This document shows, piece by piece, positions 43,035-56,757 of a stretch of DNA of 64,000 bases. A model generated the notes under the pieces. That model did not search any database and had not been told where the DNA came from. It saw only the letters and a list, made by a program, of their open reading frames with translations. The stretch's first letter is position 1, and every line of letters begins with the position of its first letter. Source of the DNA: Octopus vulgaris (Eukaryota). The position numbers were made by a program, and so were the translations under genes. The DNA lies in the NCBI GenBank assembly GCA_951406725.2, contig OX597826.1, forward strand, positions 58,590,001 through 58,654,000, read 5' to 3'.

Positions 43035-43730
43035 CATATATACATACACACACACACATACACACACTCACACGCACACACACATACACACATACACACA
43101 CACATATATATATTATTTAGCTCCTACAAATAACGAGTTGTAGCTGTTATTTCTGTTGTTATTGTTGTATCGTTGATGTTGTTTTAGCTCCAGGTCAACC
43201 CAGCTCGAAAGGAGAAGTGATCAAAGATATTCAAGCTGTGATCATCCCATCTTTCTTCCAGACACGCGGTACAGAGGACTACAAAAGCCAATATGATATT
43301 ATTTAAGATGACAGGCTGTGTTTTCAGGCATTTATTTTCTTATAAGTCGAGCCACCACTTATATGAATCCCTGATTATTTCCCTTTAGTTATCCATGTAT
43401 ATGAAACTGTTCGTTTTTCCATTTACCCACATTTATTCTTGTATTCCATTCGTTAAGTATAGTTTTCGTTAAAATATTTTAAATGCTGTAAGTTAATAAA
43501 GCAAAGTAATTTATATGAATCTAAAAGTGAACTTGAAAGGCTTAAATAGAACTACTAGAAATAGCAGCCAAATCGACTTCGAAGTTCACCCTGTCTGTAA
43601 ACAAAGAAGAGCACAACGCGTATTTTAGTTTTAGGTTCACAATATGCATTACCTAAAACAAGATAGGGTGTGGGGGGGGTCATAACCGGAAGATCAAATG
43701 TATGGAGTTAACTAAGACAGCAACAACAAG

Positions 43731-43920
43731 TGGAGGCGCAATGGCCCAGTGGTTAGGGCAGCGGATCGTGGTCGTAAGAACGCGGTTTTGGTTCCCAGAC
43801 CGGGCATTGTGAGTGTTTACTGAGCAAAACCACCTAAGCTCCACAAAACTCCAGTGGGATGGGGGTAGTGAACCCCGCTGAATTCTTTCACCACAACTTT
43901 CTTTCACTCATTCTTCATAC
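43731..43920 (+). mobile_element. SINE family B head
   Basis: TGGAGGCGCAATGGCCCAGTGGTTAGGGCAGCGG..., homologous to 4258-4422. Confidence 0.85.
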
Positions 43921-44360
43921 TTCTGCCACAAAGCAGATGAACTATGGTGTAACCCATTATGATGTGGTAAACTTTAGATCCTAGTCTAGAATGCGAATCC
44001 TCTGTACCTCAGGATGGCTCAGCTCTCCACCTTCTAAAAGCCACCGTTTACGGAATGAGGATAACAACGTAGCTTTCGCGCCAGTGCAACCGCCAGTCTA
44101 TCGCGTGTGGTGGGTGGATCTTCAAGTCTTCAAGTCGGAATCGGCGTAAGCTTAAGAAATAAACCACGACAGGAGAACTGCGATATGGCGAAGGATTACT
44201 GTACATTAAAGATACATGCCAGGCTCGACTGTAATGGCAATAGCAACAACATCAACAATAATATATGTCTATGTATGTGTGTTCGTGCGTGTGCATGTGT
44301 TTCTGTGTGCGCGCGCACACTTTTATATGTGTGTGTGTGTGTGTTTGTGTGTATATAAGT

Positions 44361-44626
44361 ATCTTTACCTTTTGACCGACAGATTTAAAAAATAATTTTT
44401 TGTAATCAAACACTTTCAAACTTCGTATACTTGTAGAAAGTGTCACATAAGACATCTTTTACTCTTAGCGTTGTTGAGAAAATTCTGTATTTTAGAAGTT
44501 ATTTCTTGTTAAAGTTGTCGTATTTCGGTAATTTCAACCAATCAGTGACGTGTATTCAGCTGAATAAAATTACTGCCGCTCTTTGTCAACAACAACTATC
44601 GGCGGTGTATATTTCGTTTGTCACTG
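44361..44626 (+). mobile_element. ~270-bp dispersed repeat, second copy
   Basis: Reverse-complement homology to 34064-34333. Confidence 0.8.
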
Positions 44627-45184
44627 ATCCGTGTGTAATTTCTTATGCGTGCGTATGAGTGCATATGTATATAGATAGCTGTCCCTCTACATTCTCTCAT
44701 TTTCTCTGTTCTATAATATATATATATATATACGCGTTTGCCTGACTCAAGGATATACTAGTTCGCCTGTTGAAAACCTGACTTCCCTTTTTAACCTCTT
44801 TCTCAATCATATGAAGAGTCGTGTTGCATTTGCCTGAACGTAAACAGTTAGGTGAAAAAAAAAAACGTAGACCTTACTTTAGAATTATAGAATGAATCAC
44901 CAGGAGGTGTAGATTAGACAATTAATTTTCAATGGAGAAATATGCAACACACAGTGAAGCATATGAATTAAACGTATTTATTTAATAAATATTTGCCTAA
45001 AAAGAATTTCAAGTTATAATATAGTTCGTGACTCAAAGAAAGACGAGTAATAACGTTCTATGCAAACGATTAATCCTATGCTGTAAAGAGTGTTTGATAG
45101 CTTTCATCTCAGTGTTACTTAACGTAGATTATATATTACCTAATCTTTATCTCCGTGTTACGTAAATATTATAGGTATCATATG

Positions 45185-45490
45185 TTGTTTGTTCCTTCTC
45201 GAGCCACTCCTGGCTCATAAGGGCCGGTTTTCCCGGTTTCCTTGGCGTGTAGGTTCCCCACCTTGACGGGACGCCGGTCCGTCGCAGGTGAGCTGCAAGA
45301 GGCAGGAGGAAAGAGTGAAAAAAAATTGTGGCGAAAGAGTCAGCAGAAGTTCGCCATTACCTTCTGCCGGAGCTGCGTGGAGCTTAGGTGATTCGCTCAT
45401 AAATACACACATCGCCCGGTCTAAGATTCGAACCCGTGATCCCTCGAACGCGAGTCCGCTGCTCTAACCACTAGGCCATGTGCCTCCACT
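45185..45490 (-). mobile_element. SINE family B, full-length with RTE-like tail
   Basis: rc GGAGGCACATGGCCTAGTGGTTAGAGCAGCGGACTCG...GGTTCGAATC...GAAACCGGGAAAACCGGCCCTTATGAGCC...GGAACAAACAAC. Confidence 0.88.
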
Positions 45491-46176
45491 GGGTATTATA
45501 TGGAACCAGCTCAGCCCTTAACAAGCAGATTTCTATGATGAAGTATATCTCGATAGCGACCATCCAATCTTTTTGGTCGAACATGGGCACTTAATGATCA
45601 TGTCCTTCGTTTCTGAGATAGTAAGGTACGATTTGAGGCATATTTTTTTTTATTTGACTGTAATTACTAATAGGGCTAATGAGCACGTACATGCTCTAAC
45701 GTTATGTCAAGCAACAATGAATCGAGGATGTGGGATAGCAGAGCAGAATGGATGTTGGATCGTGGACTGCAGTGATGATTGTAAAGGCTGCAAAGACGTG
45801 AGATTGGCACATTCACACCAACAAGTTGAATTGCTAAATTGACAGCGATCTGGTGTGAATCATATTAACCCTGAGACTCCTGCCAAATCGCCAGTGCAGT
45901 TGCATCATTCAGAAACTGAATGTCGCTGTGCCCTGGAAAATTCCTACATTTTTCAGGAAGTTCTGAGGTCGACTATCGATGATGAGTTCGTCGAGTCTTA
46001 TCTGAGATGAATTAACGTATTTTCCGGCATACAAGTCGAGTTTTTCAGATTAGAATTTGCAATAAAAAAGGGCATATAGTCTTATACACCAAAAACGACG
46101 TTGCTCTTGCTTTTTTTTCTTGTCCGTCCGGATGTTTTGTTGTTGTCTTTTGCATTCTTGTTCCATTTTTTGGATT

Positions 46177-46208
<32 letters not shown>

Positions 46209-46242
46209 TGTATGTATGTATGTATGTATGTATGTATATATT

Positions 46243-46695
46243 GCTTGGTGAGGAGGGTGTTTATTGGACACCCTGCGGGATGAAAAACAAAACCCGTCAA
46301 AGGGCGGAGGAACACTTGAGAGTGAACGGCCATCCAATGAATGTCTTAAGGCTGTATCATGCGCGGGGACATAGAAATAATCGGACTGAATACCCGATCG
46401 CGCGGTTAAACCATTGGGAGGGAAGGACTCCTAGCCTTTGTTAGGGCATCTTTCTTCGAGAAGGTAACTCAGGTAACTGGGATAACTCCGACATAAAACC
46501 TGCGGCTCAGTGGTTACCGATGATGTTGACTTGTTCTTCTTTTCGGATTATGGCTGCTGTTGCTTAGTGAGTGGGATGGACTCAGTGCTCAGCCTTTCCT
46601 CACTTTAAAAAAAATCTTGCACAGGCATTGCATGATAACAACATTGATTAAGCTTCGCGCAATGGCCATACTCGATAACGAGGGGTCAGCCACCA
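46243..46695 (+). mobile_element. Probable RTE-clade 5' UTR-derived element between (TATG)n tracts
   Basis: GC-richer island with hairpins (AGGGTGTTTA/TGGACACCCT) and GGGCATCTTTCTTCGAGAAGGTAACTC, which resembles the GGGCAACCAGTCTAGGAGAAGGAAAACTC block I recall from RTE 5' UTRs. Confidence 0.5.
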
Positions 46696-46697
46696 TG

Positions 46698-46731
<34 letters not shown>

Positions 46732-47152
46732 TGTATGTATGTATGTATGTATGTATGTATGTATGTATGTGTGTGTGCATGCATATATGCATATATGTAT
46801 TTGTATGGTATTCAATGTTTAATAAAAAATACATTCGTTTGTAGAACGGCAACACCTTATTCTCGGAATTTCTTTATAATTATGATTTCCACAAATGATT
46901 TACAAGATTGTTTCACAAGGGAGATAAAGACAGAATCAGACAAAACAATTACAATGATTAACACCAATAGTTGTATTTACAAGACTCGATGCAGGAGTGG
47001 AGAGTGGAAGTCAGAACAGAGCTCAATCTTTGCTTATGTGTCGCGTTTTACTGTACCGTCTTTGGATACATTTACAATATCGTGTGTGTTTGTGTAGCTA
47101 GCTAGATAGATAGAGAGATAAATAGACAGACAGAAAGACAGGTGGATGAATG

Positions 47153-47220
<68 letters not shown>

Positions 47221-47221
<1 letters not shown>

Positions 47222-47398
47222 GGGGAAATTTCACAACAAAAAACAAAAGACGGAGACAGGTGGTGTAGACAACAAACAGATGTAATAGTATAACGCTCGG
47301 GGAGTGAAAGAGTCTTTAACTTTTCGAGCCTACGCTCTTCCACAGAAAGGAACACAGAAAAAAACAAGGAGAGAAAATAAAGAATGTGTAGTGGCTAG
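47221..47398 (-). mobile_element. Short HHR element family H1 inserted in (GATA)n; HHR at 47314-47349
   Basis: rc CTTT CTGTGGA A GAGC gtag GCTC GAAAA GTT AAAG; (GATA)n on both sides (47153-47220, 47398-47708). Confidence 0.82.
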
Positions 47399-47405
47399 AT
47401 AGATG

Positions 47406-47470
<65 letters not shown>

Positions 47471-47491
47471 GGTAGATAGGTAGATAGATAA

Positions 47492-47552
<61 letters not shown>

Positions 47553-47553
47553 C

Positions 47554-47616
<63 letters not shown>

Positions 47617-47621
47617 CAGAC

Positions 47622-47708
<87 letters not shown>

Positions 47709-49745
47709 ATTAAATGACCTTTATTATACTATGAAAAACTGAAGTCCAAGATTAGTCAGCAGAGCCTCGCAGTATTTGTCCTGAAACTTGGTGCTCCGAA
47801 TTCAAATCATATTTCATTGTCACAAGATAAAGAAACAAAATAAATAGATAAATGAATGGAGGAATAAATAAATAACTAAATAAATAAATAAAGTATGAAT
47901 TCAGGGCGGTGGATTAGCAGAACTGCATTTCTACCATCTTATTGCCTTCTAAGTTTACGTCTGAGTATAGCCTGTTTGGGTGGTAGTTTTAATTTAACAC
48001 TCAATTTAACACCACTATCTACCACATTAAGCTTGGCTGTGAGAATTCGAGCCATGTCTTCGGATTGAACACGTTTTCCTGTCTCCTCCCCACTCAGTCT
48101 CAAAGAACCTTTGAAGACTCATAGACGCTGCTTTCCGACCTGATCAAAAAGCTGTGAAAATATTAAGGTCAATATTTTATGCCAGAAACTTTAGCGCGCC
48201 GGGTGACATGCTTAGCGATATTTCGTCTGTCTTTACGTTCTCAGTTCAAATTTAGCCGAGGTCGACTTTGCCCTTCATCCTGTCGGTGATCGATAAATTA
48301 AGTACCAGTTGCATACTGGGGTCAATCTAATCGACTGGTGCCCCATCCCCCAAATTTCGGGCCTTGTACCTAAATAAGAGAATATTTTATACACGTTCTA
48401 TTTGAAACCACATGGTTTCGGGTTCAGTCCCACTTCACCGCATTTTGGTCAAATGTGTTCTCTCATAGCTCGAGGTCGACCAATAGGTTGAGACTAAATT
48501 TGGTAGATGGAAGCTATTGTGGAAGTCAGTCGTGTGTATGTATGTGTGTGTGTGTGTGTGCGTGAGTGTGTTTATGTGTCTTTTTTGTAAGTCTGCCTTT
48601 GTCACACACCACGAGCGATTCAAAATCGGTATTGCTTTCTTTATATACCCATAACGTAGCGGTTCGGCATAAACGAAAAAAAAAAATCGTACTGAGCTTG
48701 AAAAGGAAAAACGTAAGTACCAAGGTCAGTTTCTTCGACTAAAACCCTTCCAAGAGGTCCCTCCCTCCGCCCCCACATAACCGTAATGAAACGACTGGAA
48801 TAAGTAATAGATTAAACGATAAAAGAAGAGAAAAACGAAATACGAGAAGCTACAAATAAAACTACGCCAAAATAAAGAAACCAAAATGAACGAAATTATA
48901 TTCATGTATGTTACAAAATGTGACTGCAAACTAAAGGAGCCTGCTTTAATTTAAACGTCTGTAGAAAAAAAAAAAAATAAAGCATAAAAGGAAAATGTTT
49001 CTTCAAATGTTTCTTCCAAATGTGAAGTAATCTGGGGTACTTCAGTAAATACGTCTCTTAATAGAAATATTAATAAGTACAGTTTGTCGCCATTTTATGC
49101 TTATTATATTAATATACGTATAGCTAATTTCATTTCTATACATCAATTATTTGACAATCACTAGTTCTGTGTGTAAGTATGTATGTATGTATGTATGTAT
49201 GTATGTATGTATGTATGTATGTATGTATGTATGTTTTTATGTATGTATGTATGTATGTATCCATATATGTAGGCATTTAAGTATATATGCATGTATTCAT
49301 GTATGTATATGTATGCATATATCCATGTATGTATGTATGTATGCATGTTTTTATGTATGTATGTATCCATATATGTAGGCATTTAAGTATATATGCATGT
49401 ATTCATGTATGTATGCATATATCCATGTATGTATGTATGTATGTATGTGTGCACAAATGAATGTATGTATGTACGGATGTATGCATGCGTGTATGTCCGA
49501 ACGTATGTAAATGTATGCACATAAATATGTATACACATATACGTATGTATCAATGTATGTCTATATATAGAGGTAAGTACATATACATATGGATTTTATA
49601 TACATATTGTATGCGTGAACGCATGCTTGAAAGTATATGTGTGTGCATGCATATGATTATACACACACACACACACACATATATGCAGGTGTACTTATCA
49701 TTGTGTGTGTGTATGTGTGTGTGTGTGTGCGCGGAAGTACGTATG

Positions 49746-49807
<62 letters not shown>

Positions 49808-49935
49808 AGGACTGACATGCATCGACTTATGAGTGTGTATTTTGTATTTACATATATATACGTGCATATATGTGCATATATGTATATGTGTGTATGTTTG
49901 TATATATAAAATATACGCAAATGCGCATGTATATA

Positions 49936-49967
<32 letters not shown>

Positions 49968-49983
49968 CATATATATATACATG

Positions 49984-50018
<35 letters not shown>

Positions 50019-50135
50019 GTATATGCATATATATATATGTATATAAATATATATATATACATATATATATATACATATATATATGTATATATATATATAC
50101 ATATATATATATATGTATATATATGTGTGTATATA

Positions 50136-50231
<96 letters not shown>

Positions 50232-50594
50232 TGGGAAACAGAGAAATATGATAAAAGCATGAGAGATTTTATTTCTACATACATCTACAGTAACGATTAT
50301 CGCCTCCATAGATGAATATAAACAAAAATTGTTTTCCACTCTTATGCCCTTTCTATGTCACATGGGCAATTATGTATAAGCATGTGATTGCGCTTGCGCG
50401 CGCACACACGCCCGCACGCACACACGCGCTTGACTATTTGTGATGTTCATTTTGAAGTCGTTAATCCCATTATCTGGTGGTTCGGCCTAGGTGGCCGATG
50501 CAAGTAAGTTTGAGTCTTACTGCAGAGTAAATACCGCGTAAATATACTCCGTGTCTACGCGGTAGTCACTTGTAATCAATCTGTTCAACCCTTA

Positions 50595-50647
<53 letters not shown>

Positions 50648-50816
50648 CATATATATACATATATATACATATATATGAGTGTGTGTATACATGTATGTAT
50701 ATGTATATATACATATATACATATATGTATATATATATATATATGCAGATACGCGCACCCACCGATACATACGCTCTCACATCTACATACATACATACAT
50801 ACATATATATATATAT

Positions 50817-50874
<58 letters not shown>

Positions 50875-50878
50875 TATA

Positions 50879-51263
50879 TCTCTATATATAAATGGCAGTT
50901 TGTCTGTGCGTGTTTCTGTGTGTCTGTTTTCTCGTACCCTCACCCTGACCACGGCTTTCAACCGATTCTGATGAAACTTGACACACACATAGCCCAATGT
51001 CATAATTCAAAACTAACGCAGCGAAAATTTTGAAAAGTTAACCCCAGTTCTGAAAAAAATCGATAAATTCGACATGGGGTCGAGAATCAAAAAAACAAAC
51101 CACAGACTGTCTAGGGGACGCAACTCAACCTTTTTTTACTCTCAAAAAAAAATTTACCATAATTTTTTTTCCATTTTTTTGCTATTTTTTGGCTATAACT
51201 CTCTAAAAATGCTTTATAGTTATTTCCCTTACAAACCTGAGCAACGCCGGGCGATACTGCTAG
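50879..51263 (+). mobile_element. Non-autonomous Helitron
   Basis: A|TC...TATATATAAA 5' end, GTCTGT tract, subterminal hairpin CCTGAGCAACGCCGGG (51236-51251), 3' CTAG|T. Confidence 0.9.
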
Positions 51264-51293
51264 TATATATATATATATATATATATAAATAAT

Positions 51294-51434
51294 AATTTAG
51301 GGTATCTAAGAGATACTACCACACTGAAAATAGCAGCCAAAACCTGACTCTAAAACCACATTAAATGTTCAGTTTTAGAGTCATATTTTGGCTGCTGTTT
51401 CCAGCGCGGTGGTATCTCTTAGATACCCTAAATT
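51294..51434. repeat. Long fold-back (~63-bp arms, ~15-nt loop)
   Basis: AATTTAGGGTATCTAAGAGATAC...GACTCTAAAAC / GTTTTAGAGTC...GTATCTCTTAGATACCCTAAATT. Confidence 0.92.
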
Positions 51435-51559
51435 AAATTTTTAATAATAATCATTACCCTTGAAGGTTTTTATTCCCATGTTGGCCACCTGAGAAAATCG
51501 ATATTTAAATAACGATCTTATCCTTATACATATATGTATATATATATATATATATATAT

Positions 51560-51870
51560 GAAGACGAGGGGCCCAGCTGATACGATCAATGGAACAGCTT
51601 GCTCGGGAATTTAACGTGCAAGTGGCTGCACACTCAACAGACACGTGTACCTTTAACCTAGTTCTCATGGAATTTCAGCGTGACACAGAATATGAAAACG
51701 CTGACCCTTTGAAATAAAGGTACAACTCATTTTTGCCAGCTGAGTGGACTGGAGCAACGTGAAATAAAGTGTCTTGCTCGAGGACAGAACGCGTCGCCGG
51801 GAATTGAACTCATGACCTTACAATCGTGAGCTGAATGCCCTAACCACACCACTAAGCCACGTGTCTTCAC
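51560..51870 (-). mobile_element. tRNA-derived SINE related to family D (different tail)
   Basis: rc GTGGCTTAGTGG...GAGTTCAATTCCCGG...CTCGAGCAAGACACTTTATTTCACGTTGCTCCAGTCCACTCAGCTGGCAAAAATGAG; a fragment also at 35405-35505. Confidence 0.8.
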
Positions 51871-51986
51871 TTGTATATGTGTGTGTGTGTATGTTTGTAT
51901 GTATTTATATGTACGTATGTATATATACACATATTTATACACAAACACACATATATATATAGAAAAACAGCGGGTTGCAATGTAAA

Positions 51987-52371
51987 AGGAGAATTACAGT
52001 CGTCAACTGAACATGACTAAAGGTGTCAAGACACCTACATTGCTAAAACTAATAGCTAAAATGCTCTAATGCTCTTATAAAGCACATAACATATACTTTG
52101 ATAGGTGAAGCACATTACATACATTGTGATAGGTGAAGTTGCCCGGAATATGCCGAACGAGCTGGCCTTACTGACGATGGCCACGGAAATAGCCGAAACT
52201 GACCGGTCAGTCTTGGCAATTCTCGGCTTGGTGTTTGGGGCGATTACAGCGCGTATCAATGTATAAGATATGTGCTTCGTAACCAGCATTAAAGCAGTTT
52301 AGCATTTATTTCTAGCAATGTAGTTGTCTTCAAACCTTTAAGCACGTTTAGTTACCGACTATAATCCTTCT
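51987..52371 (+). mobile_element. Rod-like fold-back element enclosing a hammerhead
   Basis: Imperfect inverted arms 51987-52103 / 52254-52371 around the HHR at 52152-52227; TA-rich flanks. Confidence 0.8.
52152..52227 (+). ncRNA. Type I hammerhead ribozyme
   Basis: CTGACGA(52171-77) T GGC cacggaaata GCC GAA ACTGAC-cg-GTCAGT C; predicted cleavage after GUC 52212; bulged stem I (GCC/GGC, distal GCCGA/TCGGC). Confidence 0.8.
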
Positions 52372-52697
52372 CAAATATATACATGAATGTGTGTGTGTGT
52401 GTATGTATGCATGAATGTATGTACATGTGTATTTCATCATAATCATAAGCATGTGTATAAGAGTGTCTGCGTGTGTGCACGATTGTGAGAGGCTTAGTTG
52501 TAGCAACAGTTTAGCAAGAGCTGGCAGTCAACCTGAGGCGTAATTATAAGAGGATGCAATATTTCCTGAGGTCTATCATAGCAGCTAATTAATGCAAGGG
52601 TGCCAAAAGTGATTTTTACTCCGGGTGACGAGAACGCCCTACGGCGTTCATAACTGTGTATAAATCAATATCATTACCAAAGTCATTCGCATCTACG

Positions 52698-52824
<127 letters not shown>

Positions 52825-53327
52825 TCAGAACCACGCATGTATAGAATTACACCGTTCCTCTTCGTTTATGCATAAATTTTTTATTTCCTTTTTCTCTCTC
52901 GCTCTCTCCTTCCTGTTACTTATTGCTGGCTGCTACTACGACAACGAGGAAGTCAACGACTACGACGACGGCGACGGTGTCTGAAATGGCGGTGGTGAGA
53001 ACAACGGCGACGAGAATGGCAATAATATTAATATTAGTTGTCGTGTAGCTACTGTCTATGGTGCGCAAACACGCAGATATCACATGACTTAGCAGCCCCG
53101 TACTAGACATTTTTTCTACTGCTGGGACTTCAATGTTTTTTAACACTATACGTCTATACGAGACGCTTTCTCGAAACAAACTCCGCGGTATTATAACGTT
53201 CTTACAGTACATCCACATTATGTATAATACACATATTACTCTATACATGTATGTATAGGTATATACGCATGTACGTGTTGATATGCATTTACATCCACAG
53301 ACCCACACGCATATGCATTTGTGAATA

Positions 53328-53391
<64 letters not shown>

Positions 53392-53509
53392 TGTATGTAT
53401 GTATATACGCAAATATATATGAGTGTGTATCTGTGTGTGTGTGTAAACATATAGAATTTGAATCCTTATGTTGTACAGGTCTAGGTCAATCCTGATTATC
53501 CAACAGTGC

Positions 53510-53760
53510 CCTAGCCTTGATGATCCCTGCTTTAATCCGTACCCAGAAGGTTCAGTTCTTGTAACGGGATGGTGGCTTGTGTGTCACTGACCCACAACAA
53601 TGATCCTGTCAGCAAAATCCATGGGTATGTCCATGCTGGACAGATCAGAGAATAGAGGCCCAACTAATAAGGACTTCCTCTCACCAGAGGTAAAATCGGA
53701 TTTGCGTTGGTCTAACACTCTCTGACTAGAACAACAACAACAACAAAAAAAAGCAAGGAT
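53510..53760 (+). mobile_element. Decayed RTE-like 5' UTR
   Basis: CCATGCTGGACAGATCAGAG...CCAACTAATAAGG...TTGCGTTGGTCTAACACTCT resembles the CATGCCnGACAGGTC...CCAGAC...GGGCTAACAACCC architecture of RTE 5' ends, recalled from memory. Confidence 0.4.
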
Positions 53761-54405
53761 GCAGAGATATCGATGACGATTCAAAACCGACTAGATCTGA
53801 GAGCGGAAGGCCTTCCCTAAGGAAAAGAGAGCCCAGAGCCGAAATCAGTGTAAAAATGTCGTCGATGGCTTATTCAGCACAGAAAACGAAGATCTTAAGT
53901 AAAGCAGTAACATATTTCTAGATCAAGATTTATTTAGTATCGCATATTTTATTTCAAGACAGCAGGGGGTTGTAATATTCTTCCTGGGGGATCATGCTGC
54001 TATGTCTCAGGGCCGACTAGACGATCTTCATTGGCTAAAAATAAAGATGTATGAAATACCGGAAGTGTTTTCTTTTTCTTACATTCTTCATTCTTTTAAG
54101 CCATCACCTGCAGCAACTTCCTAGATTAATTTCAAAATCTCGAAAGACCGATTTCCTATCGAATTTCTCTGCATTTCTAATTCTAGGAGATGGAACTAGA
54201 TTACACCAAAATTTACCAAATACTTAATCAAGATAAGCCACACATTATTGGAAGGATTATATAAGTCATCTATATACTCAGATTAATATTTTTTAGTCCA
54301 ATACATGATAACACCACACCAAGAAATTTTTTCGTGAGATTAATGATTACTCTGGTGATGTATATATATGTATGTATATATATATATATATATATTTATA
54401 TTACG

Positions 54406-54470
<65 letters not shown>

Positions 54471-54548
54471 GCCTATATATACTTATGTATGTATGTATAT
54501 ATATACACGCACATATATCTATACATGTAATATATACACACGCACACG

Positions 54549-54604
<56 letters not shown>

Positions 54605-54668
54605 CACACACATATATATATATGTATCTATACATATAAGCAGACATACATATATATAAATATATACA

Positions 54669-54752
<84 letters not shown>

Positions 54753-55076
54753 TGTATACGCTGGATATTTTATACTTAAGTATGTATAAATGTGTATACA
54801 TACATACATACGTACAGCACGTACAAGTGTTTCTCGAAAACCTTCTTATATCCATTTAATATTTGCATGTAATTACACACTTACACAGATTTACATGGAT
54901 AACAATGCGCGTCAGTTTTTATGAGGACTTGTGTGGTAAGTAGCTTGCTTACGAACCACATGGTTTCGGGTTCAGTCCCACTGCGTGGCACCTTGGGCAA
55001 GTTTCTTCTACTATAGCCTCGGGCCGACCAAAGCCTTGTGAGTGGATTTGGTAGACGGAAACTGAAAGAAGCCCGT

Positions 55077-55114
<38 letters not shown>

Positions 55115-55295
55115 ATGTGTGTGTATATGTTTGTGTGTCTGTGTTTGTTCCCCCCAACATCGCCTGACAATCTATACTGGTGTCTTTACGTCTCCGTAAC
55201 TTAGCGGTTCGGCAAAAGAGACCGATAGAATAAGTACTAGGCTTAGAAATAATAAGTCCTGGGGTCAAATGACTGAAACAAAAGAGTAAAAGAGA

Positions 55296-55326
<31 letters not shown>

Positions 55327-56220
55327 TGTATACAATATATATATGTAAATATATTTATATGTATATATATGTATGTATGCATGTATGTATATATGTAAAT
55401 GTATGTATATATGTATATGAATGTATCGCGTAGATAGTCGTATGTATTAGTATGTGAGCTTGGTAGTGGCTTGTGTGTTAACCTTTATCTGTACGTGCGT
55501 ATATATGGTTTTTGTTTTTGTGTTTGTGTGACTATGTGTTAATATGTATGTGTTTAGATTATAAAGTCCAGGTGCAGTTATCGTCGCTCATTTTACACGT
55601 CCATATCTAGTGAAACGGAGACGCAGGGAGAGAGGGAGAGAGAGAGATTTGATAAGAGAAAAAAAGAGAGAAGGAAAGAGAGTAATATAGTAAGAAAGGG
55701 TGCAGAGAAAGGAGTGGGAAATACGTAAACAGAGATTGAAAAAAAAAGAGAGTTGTGAGATTCAGGAAATTTTTGTCATCAAGATGGCGCATTTTCATGG
55801 TTTTAATGAAACTTTCATCGACTGACTGACTCTGTTGGTCCAGGTCCCAACGGAGTGTCACGCAGATGGAAAAACACTTCACACCTTCGGAAAAAGACTC
55901 TTTTACCGTTGAAAAGCGCCAGCTAGTTATGATTGGTGTTATGGGCGTCATGTCACCTACTTGTCTCTCTCTCGGTGGTTTATTCATGGCTTCTCCGAGT
56001 TCGTAATAGCTACGAAAACAACAACAAGAACAACATCAACAAGAGCTACAGCAACAACAAAAATAACAGACAGTAAACATACTCATACAAGATATATTAA
56101 GAAGACGCGGGAAAAATATGTATGCATATGTCCGTATGTATAGATATATGTCTATGCACTTACGTGAATATATAACATTGCTATTATGAGAATAAATGTG
56201 ACAAATAAATGAAATCATCC

Positions 56221-56728
<508 letters not shown>

Positions 56729-56757
56729 ATAATGTTAATTGAGAAAGAAAGCAAACG

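Noticed and set aside
45400-45490. Functional tRNA gene (also 4350-4420, 43731-43805, 34840-34916)
   Set aside because: The tRNA-like heads lack a proper acceptor stem and continue into shared SINE bodies.
45700-46010. Cys-rich 89-aa ORF or RTE RT remnant
   Set aside because: Only faint similarity (STIDDE); no splice or domain support.
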